This document shows positions 17,729 through 25,369 of a stretch of 64,000 nt of DNA, piece by piece (within the stretch, counting starts at the first letter, position 1; each line of letters starts with the position of its first letter). Position numbers and translations under genes: made by a program. The stretch comes from a virus. The notes below the pieces were generated by a model, which saw only the letters and a program-made list of their open reading frames with translations, made no database searches and had not been told where the DNA came from. The stretch is from positions 1 to 64,000 of the IMG/VR virus record IMGVR_UViG_3300035703_000033; one strand, given 5' to 3'.

Positions 17729-17880
17729 AAAAAAAGATCCCCCAACTCTATACTATAAGCATTTGAGTGGGGGACTTTAAACAGGCTGCTTGGCCAAACG
17801 AAAGGAATTAAGTAAATGCCAGCATACTTAGCGACTTGGCGAATGCCTCATCAGCCGTACCTATTTTCCTAGTTACCTAG
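17729..17880 (-). ncRNA. candidate antisense sRNA with anti-RBS loop
   Basis: TGnTATAAT at 17886-17894, three-way-junction fold with G-U pairs, hairpin + U-run terminator; loop UUCCUUUCGUUUG. Confidence 0.65.
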
Positions 17881-17891
17881 GATTTATTATA

Positions 17892-18296
17892 TCATACTGG
17901 AAGAAGTTCGTCAGAATACTTCTCGCAGAAGGCGGACAGGTCCATGGTGAATAAAGCCTCATTCTTCATTCCCCTAACCTTGTTTGCCTGGTTTCTAAAA
18001 TCATCTTCCTCGTGAAGACTAAATGTTTGGTCTTTCCAATTAATCACAGGAATCTTATGCTCGTTATCTGAGATAGAATTCACCAGCAGGCCCCAGCCTG
18101 TAGCCATATTCCACTCGTCGCCAATCATCCTTGATGTAGCAATGCGTGTCGCATATGAATCGTCGTTCCACCGTGCACGTGCATGGACCACAGCATCTGC
18201 CAATCGCTTAAGCATGTCATGTCCAGCCCAGTGTCCGTATAGAACAATTGTCTCTCCGCTATCTTGTACAAATACGAAGTTTGCTCTGTCTCCCAT
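17892..18296 (-). CDS. hypothetical phage protein
   Basis: MGDRAN...LYGHWAG motif. Confidence 0.75.
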   Translation of the reverse strand: MGDRANFVFVQDSGETIVLYGHWAGHDMLKRLADAVVHARARWNDDSYATRIATSRMIGDEWNMATGWGLLVNSISDNEHKIPVINWKDQTFSLHEEDDFRNQANKVRGMKNEALFTMDLSAFCEKYSDELLPV

Positions 18297-18297
18297 T

Positions 18298-18504
18298 TTA
18301 TTCCGCCTTTTCTAGTTGAGGTACTTCTTCGGTCTTATTCAATTCTATAATTTCGAAAGCCACTTTGTCAAGGGCCTCTTTATTGTGATTATAGTGGTGG
18401 CCACAAAAAGCTAGCTCGCCTTCTACTAGTTTAACTAAATATAAAGCTTGAGCTGAGCTGCATTGGTCACAACCAATCCATCTATTTAGATCCTCAGAGG
18501 TCAT
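18298..18504 (-). CDS. small Cys/His protein
   Basis: CDQC...LAFCGHHY. Confidence 0.7.
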   Translation of the reverse strand: MTSEDLNRWIGCDQCSSAQALYLVKLVEGELAFCGHHYNHNKEALDKVAFEIIELNKTEEVPQLEKAE

Positions 18505-18649
18505 AGTCTACCGTCCCAAATTCAAGTTGGTCAGCAATTTCATCATATACTTGACCATCGTCAGATGTTTCCGCCCACAAGCGAATATTATTTATAATAA
18601 CTTCACGGGCGAATTTAACTCCGTCCTCGAATCCGTCTTGGTAATCCAT
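18494..18649 (-). CDS. hypothetical protein
   Basis: GGGAG RBS; YQDGFEDG. Confidence 0.6.
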   Translation of the reverse strand: MDYQDGFEDGVKFAREVIINNIRLWAETSDDGQVYDEIADQLEFGTVDYDL

Positions 18650-18650
18650 T

Positions 18651-18863
18651 TTATCTCCCTGTATATCCTGTCGGTTCATATTCTGATGTATAAGTTTCTG
18701 TTAGATTAAACTTATCTCTAATCCGACTTACTTTCTCTATACTACCAGTTCCAATGTTGAATGTCAATGAATCTATTAGTTGAGGATCCAATCCCATTAC
18801 CTCCGCATCCCAGTAAGCCCTTTGTAGGGCCAACTGGTTTGGAGCGGTTAACTCAAAATACAT
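18651..18863 (-). CDS. hypothetical protein
   Basis: TAATG coupling. Confidence 0.7.
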   Translation of the reverse strand: MYFELTAPNQLALQRAYWDAEVMGLDPQLIDSLTFNIGTGSIEKVSRIRDKFNLTETYTSEYEPTGYTGR

Positions 18864-19483
18864 TAGTACTCCACATCTGCATCTTCGACATCATAAGCAT
18901 CAATTACAATGTCACCATGGAATGAATCTAATGAAAGATTATCCTGCATAAAGTAACGAGCATCAAAGTCTTCAATCTCATCAAGAGGGCAGTCATAGCG
19001 AACCTCAAAGTTGATTGTTCCAGTAATTCGGATTTCCTGCTTTGGCTCATGACCAAGGATTTCACATAGGTCGTTAAGAACTTCTGCCTTCTCATAGTTA
19101 GGGTTGTACCAACCATCTGCAGACAAGTTATCTAGAATCTGACGAATCTGTCCGTTAGAAATTTCTAACTGCTGTTCCAGTCTCTTAATTCGTTCTAGTT
19201 TCCACTCAAGTTCATTAACCTTAAGTGTTGGGTATGTTGCTACACCGTCGACAATATCTTTGTATGTGACGAGGATATTGGCATCATAGTTTGTTGTTGT
19301 TTCCATTTGCTCCCTTTCGTTTGTTGGATATATTGTAGCATCAGCCACTGACAATAATACTAAAGTATTAAAACAAGATGGACAAAGCTCCTGGTCTATA
19401 GTACGATATGAATTTATAGTCATTTCAAATGACCCGTCGCAAGTTGGACAGATATATGAATGCTTATTCCATGTTGTTGTCAT
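18863..19483 (-). CDS. hypothetical protein with N-terminal Zn ribbon; nested in-frame start at 19306
   Basis: Leaderless ATG 19483; internal promoter 19332-19353 and AACGAAAGGGAG RBS before ATG 19306. Confidence 0.7.
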   Translation of the reverse strand: MTTTWNKHSYICPTCDGSFEMTINSYRTIDQELCPSCFNTLVLLSVADATIYPTNEREQMETTTNYDANILVTYKDIVDGVATYPTLKVNELEWKLERIKRLEQQLEISNGQIRQILDNLSADGWYNPNYEKAEVLNDLCEILGHEPKQEIRITGTINFEVRYDCPLDEIEDFDARYFMQDNLSLDSFHGDIVIDAYDVEDADVEY

Positions 19484-19613
19484 GCGGAATATTGTACACC
19501 CCACCACTGACAAATGTCCAGGATTTCAGGAAATTAATTTGTGATACGTAACACAATTTTTTGGCCTTTAGGTCTGGGGGCATCTCATTATGTGATACGA
19601 TAAATCTCATCCC

Positions 19614-19690
19614 TGGCGATCCATAACGGACTTGAACCGTCGACCTCTTCCGTGACAGGGAAGCGCTCTAACCAACTGAGCTAATGGACC
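19614..19690 (-). tRNA. tRNA-Asp (GTC)
   Basis: GGTCCAT acceptor, CTTCC-CT-GTC-AC-GGAAG anticodon arm, GGTTCAAGTCC T-arm, encoded CCA. Confidence 0.95.
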
Positions 19691-19695
19691 ATGTG

Positions 19696-19723
19696 GAGCA
19701 GTTTTAAATCTTGCTCAGGATTT
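19696..19723 (-). other. H-type RNA pseudoknot motif, copy 1
   Basis: AAATC-CT-GAGCA-A-GATTT-AAAAC-TGCTC. Confidence 0.6.
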
Positions 19724-19730
19724 TTATTAT

Positions 19731-20738
19731 TTAGAAGGCTTTAACCAACTTCATAATTTTATTTTTTTCTGCAGTTAAGATTGGGTCAAAACCGCTTGCA
19801 CCCGCCATTAGTGATTCAGAATTACCACGTGATGTGCGGTAGTAATCAAGGCGTTCAGTAAGTGCATTAAACGCACCCCATTTTGTGCCCTTGATGTTAG
19901 CATTAGTTGGTGAGTTATGATAAAGGTCATCAAGCAAAACAACCTTGTTTTCCCACTTAGTCAATGCAATTTTAGATGCATCTTCTTTTGGCTTAGGATA
20001 AATTGTTTGAATCAACTTAGAAAATTCTGCATCAGTAATTGCTTGGTTAAACAATTCTTGAGCCTCAATTTCAAATTGGTCAAAATAACCTAGTGCAAGA
20101 CCTAGAGTCTCACGTGCAACTTGAATTCGTCCCTCAACAGATTGAGTATGACGAATCTTGAAAGACTGCTTTGCATTACGCATTGCAAGATTCAATGTAT
20201 TTTGGCAGACAACACGAACAGGAGTAATTGCAGCCTGCACCGCAACTGAGCCGTCATGTGATGTCCAGACAATTAGATAAAGTTTTGTTTGGTCATTAGC
20301 ACCTTGTGGGTCTAATACCATTGTGCGAGGAATATCTACAGTTCCGAACACAACTTTACCTTTTTTAAGTGAGCCTGCAGATTCCCAACGGCAATCTGCG
20401 TTTGCATCATGAATTGCATCAGCAAATGCGAATAATTCTTCATTCTGCACAGGCTTGTAACGCTTTCCAACAGTTGCAAGAACATCAGTTCCGCCATTAA
20501 ATGGATTATCACGAATAACTAATTGAGCATTAGATACATCGTTCCATTCGCTAGAGATATGGTCAGTCAATGGAGACAAGCGAACATTCCAATTAGAGAG
20601 TTTCGCCTCATCAAGCATTGTTTGAGTAGTTACATCTTCATCTTGTGAGAAGATGCGGTTAGCGAGATTATGCCATGCAGGTGCACCACGTAGTGCAAAT
20701 GCAACTTCGCCATTTTCGACTTCGAGATTGTGAGCCAT
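19731..20738 (-). CDS. DUF932 family protein
   Basis: PAWH.L, Y.PVQN, ESAGSL..G, SHDGS, TPVRVVCQNTL, IRHT, GT.WGAFNA.TE. Confidence 0.9.
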   Translation of the reverse strand: MAHNLEVENGEVAFALRGAPAWHNLANRIFSQDEDVTTQTMLDEAKLSNWNVRLSPLTDHISSEWNDVSNAQLVIRDNPFNGGTDVLATVGKRYKPVQNEELFAFADAIHDANADCRWESAGSLKKGKVVFGTVDIPRTMVLDPQGANDQTKLYLIVWTSHDGSVAVQAAITPVRVVCQNTLNLAMRNAKQSFKIRHTQSVEGRIQVARETLGLALGYFDQFEIEAQELFNQAITDAEFSKLIQTIYPKPKEDASKIALTKWENKVVLLDDLYHNSPTNANIKGTKWGAFNALTERLDYYRTSRGNSESLMAGASGFDPILTAEKNKIMKLVKAF

Positions 20739-20854
20739 TTTTTTCCTTTCGATTGATTGATTAACTGAGTATAACATAGGGGTCTGACATTATCAAGAAT
20801 TAATTGTAATATGTCCGCTTTGTCTGATGTGATCAATCTCACAAAATTTGGGAG

Positions 20855-20886
20855 TTATCCACATGTCGTCGTAAGCCTGTGGATAA
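20855..20886. promoter_or_regulatory. inverted pair of consensus DnaA boxes
   Basis: TTATCCACA (20855-63) and TGTGGATAA (20878-86), intergenic. Confidence 0.55.
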
Positions 20887-20943
20887 CCCCTCACGTCTGC
20901 GGGCTTTGGCGGGGCAGGATTGATTAGATCCCGCCCCAGGCTT

Positions 20944-21201
20944 TTAAATTAAGCCGAGTTCTTCGCTTGTTAGTTTATAGTTTGTATATTTATTTACTGT
21001 TTCCATTGGTAGAAAGATTGCAAGAGTTTTCTTTTTCTTTTTACTATCATAAACATATGCACGAACATTTCCACCAAAGCGGCGAAGATTTGAAAAAACC
21101 ATTTCAGATAAGTATTCACGATTTACGCCTTCATCTGAATAAATAGTCAAATCATTTGCCTTGTTCTCATCATAGATTTCAATTCTAAATCTATTTTTCA
21201 T
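20944..21201 (-). CDS. hypothetical protein
   Basis: 85-aa ORF with RBS. Confidence 0.7.
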   Translation of the reverse strand: MKNRFRIEIYDENKANDLTIYSDEGVNREYLSEMVFSNLRRFGGNVRAYVYDSKKKKKTLAIFLPMETVNKYTNYKLTSEELGLI

Positions 21202-21233
21202 TTTGTTGCTTTCTGTTAGTAGGGATTATGGTT

Positions 21234-21264
21234 GAGCAGTTTATCGCTTGACTTGCTCAGGTCA
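21234..21264 (-). other. H-type RNA pseudoknot motif, copy 2
   Basis: TGAC-CT-GAGCA-A-GTCA-AGCGATAAAC-TGCTC. Confidence 0.6.
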
Positions 21265-21326
21265 GGGTTCTTTTCCGTTATCGTATTCTAACATAGGGGG
21301 CTAGATTTTGTCTAGCCCCCATTTCA

Positions 21327-21746
21327 TTAGAGATAACGAGCAATAGCGTTGTAGGTTGAGGTATTGACAGTTTCCTCGTCTGTCATTTTGAGAATACGAA
21401 TTGCGTTCTCAATTTCCTCTACCATCTCTTTATACTGCCAATCGTGGTAGGTATCAAAATCCTTCTTTGGCTCATCAGGCAAGTCTATTGTGCCAGCAGG
21501 TAGATTGAAAGATACTGCGATTTGACCATTGTATCGAGTATGAGCAGACAAGTCGTCAGCCTTAGCAATCTTAGCAAGTGCTAACTTAGCAACTTCCTTG
21601 TTATACTTTTCCTGAGACTTTTGGAACTTCTCCTCATTTACTTTTTGATTAGCCTTATCCTTTTGGAGTTGTGCTAACTTTAGTTCTAGTGCTTTGATTA
21701 CCTTAGTTGTGGCAATCTTTACATTTATTGCTTTTCCTCTACTCAT
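21327..21746 (-). CDS. hypothetical protein
   Basis: AACGAAAGGG RBS; promoter 21777-21798. Confidence 0.8.
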   Translation of the reverse strand: MSRGKAINVKIATTKVIKALELKLAQLQKDKANQKVNEEKFQKSQEKYNKEVAKLALAKIAKADDLSAHTRYNGQIAVSFNLPAGTIDLPDEPKKDFDTYHDWQYKEMVEEIENAIRILKMTDEETVNTSTYNAIARYL

Positions 21747-21815
21747 TTTTTCCCTTTCGTTAGTTTGTTTGAGGTGATTATAGCAGGGGCTACTGACATA
21801 ACCCCTGCCAATCAT

Positions 21816-21962
21816 TTAGTTAGCAGGAACGCTTGTCCAACGCTCTGAGCCATTTACATCAAGAAGCACACGGGCAACACCTGAAGGGTGGTTGTCAATA
21901 GCCTTGATAATTCCAACGATACCACTTTGTGTCGTTGTGTATGTCTGTCCGATTTCTAGCAT
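21816..21962 (-). CDS. small beta-rich protein (48 aa, not in track)
   Basis: AACGAAAAGGAG RBS; MLEIGQTYTT...RWTSV. Confidence 0.7.
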   Translation of the reverse strand: MLEIGQTYTTTQSGIVGIIKAIDNHPSGVARVLLDVNGSERWTSVPAN

Positions 21963-22045
21963 TTATTTCTCCTTTTCGTTATGGTGAGTATTATACACGA
22001 CCCCACCGACATTTATCGTGTTTGTTTAGTTTTTATTTTGTGAGG

Positions 22046-22321
22046 TTAGTCACACTCTGGAAGCCATGCGTCTAGGTGGTGAGCCTCTACGATAGCGTGA
22101 GCGGGAGCCTCTGTTTCTCCTCGCCAAGTAATTGGGTCTGGTAAAGAAATTAATCTACTATAATCCTCGTCATGGTATGCATCAATAGCATCTATGCAAG
22201 GTTGCACCATTGATCGTGGGACGGGTGGATAGTGATTAGCAGATAAGTGAATAGCAATACTATCCTCTAAAGATAAACCTAAATCCATTTCAGCTAAATC
22301 TGTTGCGAAGTTATTACCCAT
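22046..22321 (-). CDS. hypothetical protein
   Basis: HL..NHYPPVP...HHLDAWL. Confidence 0.75.
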   Translation of the reverse strand: MGNNFATDLAEMDLGLSLEDSIAIHLSANHYPPVPRSMVQPCIDAIDAYHDEDYSRLISLPDPITWRGETEAPAHAIVEAHHLDAWLPECD

Positions 22322-22583
22322 TTAGCACCTCATTTCTCATTGTTTCCATTTCGTCAATTGTTAGCATGAGTTCTCTAAGTTGTGTTTCATTTAGCAAAAC
22401 CTTAGTAACTTTGTCTGCGGTTGCAGAAGCAAGAATACCTGAATACATATAGATAGCCTTAGCAAAATCATGTTCAGACATTTCGTTGCGTGAGTGCATA
22501 ATTATTCGAGCGAAGTCCATAACTTCATCTTCCATAATGCTATCCCCTACTGCGGAGATAAGAGCGGTTGCTGTTGATAGCAT
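22314..22583 (-). CDS. hypothetical protein
   Basis: AACGAAAGGA RBS; promoter 22614-22635. Confidence 0.7.
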   Translation of the reverse strand: MLSTATALISAVGDSIMEDEVMDFARIIMHSRNEMSEHDFAKAIYMYSGILASATADKVTKVLLNETQLRELMLTIDEMETMRNEVLNG

Positions 22584-22638
22584 TTGTTTCCTTTCGTTTG
22601 TGTGGTGGGCTAGATTATACACTAGCCCACCGACATCT

Positions 22639-22890
22639 TTAGGCTAGGGCTAGGTAAGCCTGCCCGTAGCCTTCGTTAACACGGTCTAACTCTGCCTGAA
22701 TTTCAGGCTTAGACATTAGAGATACTTTTCCGATAAGTTCACGGATAGCAGATTGGTTCATCATAGTAAATACCTGAGTAGGCATTGTTTGTACCTGTTG
22801 ATACATAGTACCTTCAGGGTTAAGTAGTGATACGAATTCTACTCCGTCTACTGTGAACGGATAAGACTTCCAGTTTGTAAAGTCGGACAT
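22639..22890 (-). CDS. hypothetical protein
   Basis: AACGAAAGGT RBS; promoter 22922-22943. Confidence 0.7.
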   Translation of the reverse strand: MSDFTNWKSYPFTVDGVEFVSLLNPEGTMYQQVQTMPTQVFTMMNQSAIRELIGKVSLMSKPEIQAELDRVNEGYGQAYLALA

Positions 22891-23160
22891 ATTTTTTACC
22901 TTTCGTTTGTTGTATGCAGATATTATAGCGTAACCCACCGACAAATATCTTTATTTAGGGCTATATGTCGTGTGATAAACCTCACAATTTTCAGGGTGTG
23001 TCGTAACTTGACGTAACAGGAGCCAGGCCCCCACAGTCTTTTGCGGGCAGCTTAGTCGTTTGTCAAATCGACACGCCGTTTATGTTTAACTTTTCTAGAA
23101 TATTTTTTCTTGGAGGGAATGGGTTGCGCCGCATTTGATCGACGCAACTCCAAAACCTTT

Positions 23161-23352
23161 TTAATGCGAGGTAAATTTTGGAACATTATAACCACTCGCC
23201 TCATGAAATCTCGTTACATCAAAACGAGGATTATCTTTTGCAAACATTTCCGCAAAATCATTTACAATTTTAGAAAATAAAGCGGGGTGAGTTTTGTTGC
23301 TTGCATACTTTAGAATTTCTGCGGTTGCTACATAGTCTTTACGAGTCATCAT
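23161..23352 (-). CDS. small phage protein (MTRKDY...DNPRFD motif)
   Basis: Recognisable short-protein motif; overlaps upstream gene. Confidence 0.75.
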   Translation of the reverse strand: MMTRKDYVATAEILKYASNKTHPALFSKIVNDFAEMFAKDNPRFDVTRFHEASGYNVPKFTSH

Positions 23353-23555
23353 TTTGTTACGACCTTTCTTCCTTCACGATAGAAAATTTTTGTATAGCAT
23401 TTCAATGCTGGTGTGTGGATATTTACAGTTGAGTATTCGTTAGCAAATCCCCAATCGGTAAAGGCAAAGAAATCTTTCCATGCCTCGAATTCATTTTGGT
23501 ATTCTTGTTCCCAATGAATTGGGTTTTCATCATAAGCAACAGTAATTTTATACAT
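23349..23555 (-). CDS. hypothetical protein
   Basis: TAATG coupling. Confidence 0.7.
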   Translation of the reverse strand: MYKITVAYDENPIHWEQEYQNEFEAWKDFFAFTDWGFANEYSTVNIHTPALKCYTKIFYREGRKVVTK

Positions 23556-23701
23556 TACGCACCCACAATAAAATCGGTGAAATCAACATCATCAGCAACG
23601 CAAGAGCAAGGCTCCACATCATAGTCGTTTTCATTTCCCCAAAATAGGAAACCAGCACCATTACACTCATCACAAGCAACTGCGATTATTTCATTTATCA
23701 T
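23555..23701 (-). CDS. small Cys protein (48 aa, not in track)
   Basis: AACGAAAGGA RBS; CDECNGAG...CSC. Confidence 0.65.
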   Translation of the reverse strand: MINEIIAVACDECNGAGFLFWGNENDYDVEPCSCVADDVDFTDFIVGA

Positions 23702-23820
23702 TTTTAGTTTTCCTTTCGTTCGTTGTTGTTGCTAATTGTAGCAGAGAGGACTGACAAAGCCTCGGATTTACTTGCTTGGCGTGTCGCTAAAACATGCGCC
23801 TTGAATTCTTCTAGGTTCAT

Positions 23821-23943
23821 TTATAGAGCCCCTTCCTGAAATAAGCCGATTTCTAAATCTAGGATTTCTTCTGGAGTGGCTTCGGATAAATCTACCCAGC
23901 CAGCACCATCTTCATTTATTCTAAAAATTTCAATGTATCCCAT
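23821..23943 (-). CDS. small acidic protein (40 aa, not in track)
   Basis: MGYIEIFRINEDGAGWVDL; AGGTG RBS. Confidence 0.6.
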   Translation of the reverse strand: MGYIEIFRINEDGAGWVDLSEATPEEILDLEIGLFQEGAL

Positions 23944-23945
23944 TA

Positions 23946-24149
23946 TTAGTCACCTACCTTTACGGCAACTGTGCGGAATTTTGTGGAGATACCACGAGTT
24001 GGCTGAACCTCTACTAAATAAGAGTCGCAACCTTCATACCACACCGCTTTTGGGTGAGGTTCTGCGTTGATAATAATTCCCTCTAGGGTTTTTGAGAAGT
24101 ATTGCTTACCTACTAAGAGGTTTTGGACAGAGTAGACATTTGCTGACAT
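23946..24149 (-). CDS. hypothetical protein
   Basis: AACGAAAGAAAGGT RBS; promoter 24185-24206. Confidence 0.7.
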   Translation of the reverse strand: MSANVYSVQNLLVGKQYFSKTLEGIIINAEPHPKAVWYEGCDSYLVEVQPTRGISTKFRTVAVKVGD

Positions 24150-24401
24150 AAGTTGTCACCTTTCTTTCGTTTTGTTATGCTGAAATTATAGCCTAACGGA
24201 CTGACATTTTCAAATCCAAAATGCTACCAATTCGGACATTTTGAAAAAAATCTTTTGTGAATCACATCACACCGAAATGTCCGTTTTGTCTGTCAAATCG
24301 ACACGCCGTAAAATTCGGGACTTTTTATAACAGTCTCGTAACGACACGCCCGACGCCGCTGCTTTTGCGGGCCAGCTTGATTTTGTCAAGCCGACACGCC
24401 G

Positions 24402-24533
24402 TTATTTTCTAAAATCTTTTATGGTGTCTATCACATCTTGTTTTAGATCCGCCCACATGAGGCGGAATAGATAGACGGCGGAAATAACTAACCCTAGTTG
24501 TACAATGCTAGTTAGTAGTCTATTCATAGTCAT
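24402..24533 (-). CDS. small membrane peptide (43 aa, not in track)
   Basis: One hydrophobic helix; GGAG RBS. Confidence 0.55.
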   Translation of the reverse strand: MTMNRLLTSIVQLGLVISAVYLFRLMWADLKQDVIDTIKDFRK

Positions 24534-24716
24534 TTATTTATCTCCAAACATGTTAAAGATTTCTTCTACTTCATCATCTGTTAGATGGTCAATTTCAATA
24601 GCCTTAGAGAAACCGAAAATGTCTTCGTCTTCTTCTACTTCTAAATCTTCGTAGTCATCTAGGTGAGCGTATTGGTCTTTTATGTCTTCTTGAATTGTAT
24701 CCCATTTAGTCATCAT
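24534..24716 (-). CDS. highly acidic small protein
   Basis: Asp/Glu-rich 60 aa. Confidence 0.7.
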   Translation of the reverse strand: MMTKWDTIQEDIKDQYAHLDDYEDLEVEEDEDIFGFSKAIEIDHLTDDEVEEIFNMFGDK

Positions 24717-24871
24717 TAGTTATTTACCTCTACTTCTCTAACGATAAAGGAAAACCCTTTACCTAGTTTATTTAATTCTTCCATTACGGCTAAAATTTCT
24801 TCAGGCTTATTAGCGGTGTTACCTGTGCTTAGTAATTGGCTACCTTGCCATAGTGAGTAAGTGATTTTCAT
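24716..24871 (-). CDS. small hypothetical protein (51 aa, not in track)
   Basis: AACGAATAGGA RBS; MKITYSLWQG. Confidence 0.65.
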   Translation of the reverse strand: MKITYSLWQGSQLLSTGNTANKPEEILAVMEELNKLGKGFSFIVREVEVNN

Positions 24872-25034
24872 TTATTTATTTCCTATTCGTTTAGTAGTTA
24901 GTGGGTCTTATTTGCTAGGCTCACCCGCTAGGCGGTTTATTTGCTAGGCTCATACCCTTATTTAATTGTTATGCCTTTAGGCTATCAGATAGCACCGACA
25001 TTTTCAAGCCGACACGCTACCTATTTGGTGTGAG

Positions 25035-25154
25035 TTACCTCACACCCTTTTCCTTAGCCAATTGCTCGGCATAGGTAGGGTCTGTAACGCTATCAGCGCC
25101 AAACTCTAGGTAAATATCTAGATAGATATCGTCATAGTAATCGTTATAATCCAT
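25035..25154 (-). CDS. small acidic protein (39 aa, not in track)
   Basis: AAAGGA RBS; MDYNDYYDDIYLD. Confidence 0.55.
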   Translation of the reverse strand: MDYNDYYDDIYLDIYLEFGADSVTDPTYAEQLAKEKGVR

Positions 25155-25171
25155 TTTTAGTTATCCTTTCT

Positions 25172-25369
25172 TTAGTAACCTAAAACTTCTGTTCCGTATT
25201 GTGATACGGCGTCATAGAGGCTCATCATACCTTTATGGTCTTTACATCTAGGGCAGAAAGCGTTCCACCCGTCTGTTAGTGATGAGCAGAATACGCAAAC
25301 CTTATCGGTTACGCAAAAATTGTTATCTACTAAGTATTCGATTATTTCATTTTTATTTAGTGTAGTCAT
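25172..25369 (-). CDS. small Zn-ribbon protein
   Basis: CVFC...CPRC. Confidence 0.7.
   Translation of the reverse strand: MTTLNKNEIIEYLVDNNFCVTDKVCVFCSSLTDGWNAFCPRCKDHKGMMSLYDAVSQYGTEVLGY

Larger units (their letters stand above)
14508..24372 (+). repeat. dispersed phased element TTCAGG-N16/17-CGTAA-...-TGCGGGC (8 copies)
   Basis: Copies at 14508, 14662, 15323, 17669, 19525, 20847, 22990, 24314, all intergenic. Confidence 0.7.

Noticed and set aside
17835-17858. Hammerhead ribozyme (CTGATGA-GGC-ATTC-GCC on - strand)
   Set aside because: The stem is followed by AAGT rather than the required GAAA, and stems I/III cannot be built.
17816-17872. + strand 18-codon ORF with apparent RBS AACGAAAGGA
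   Set aside because: G-U pairs, promoter and terminator all favour a - strand RNA; kept only as the alternative hypothesis.
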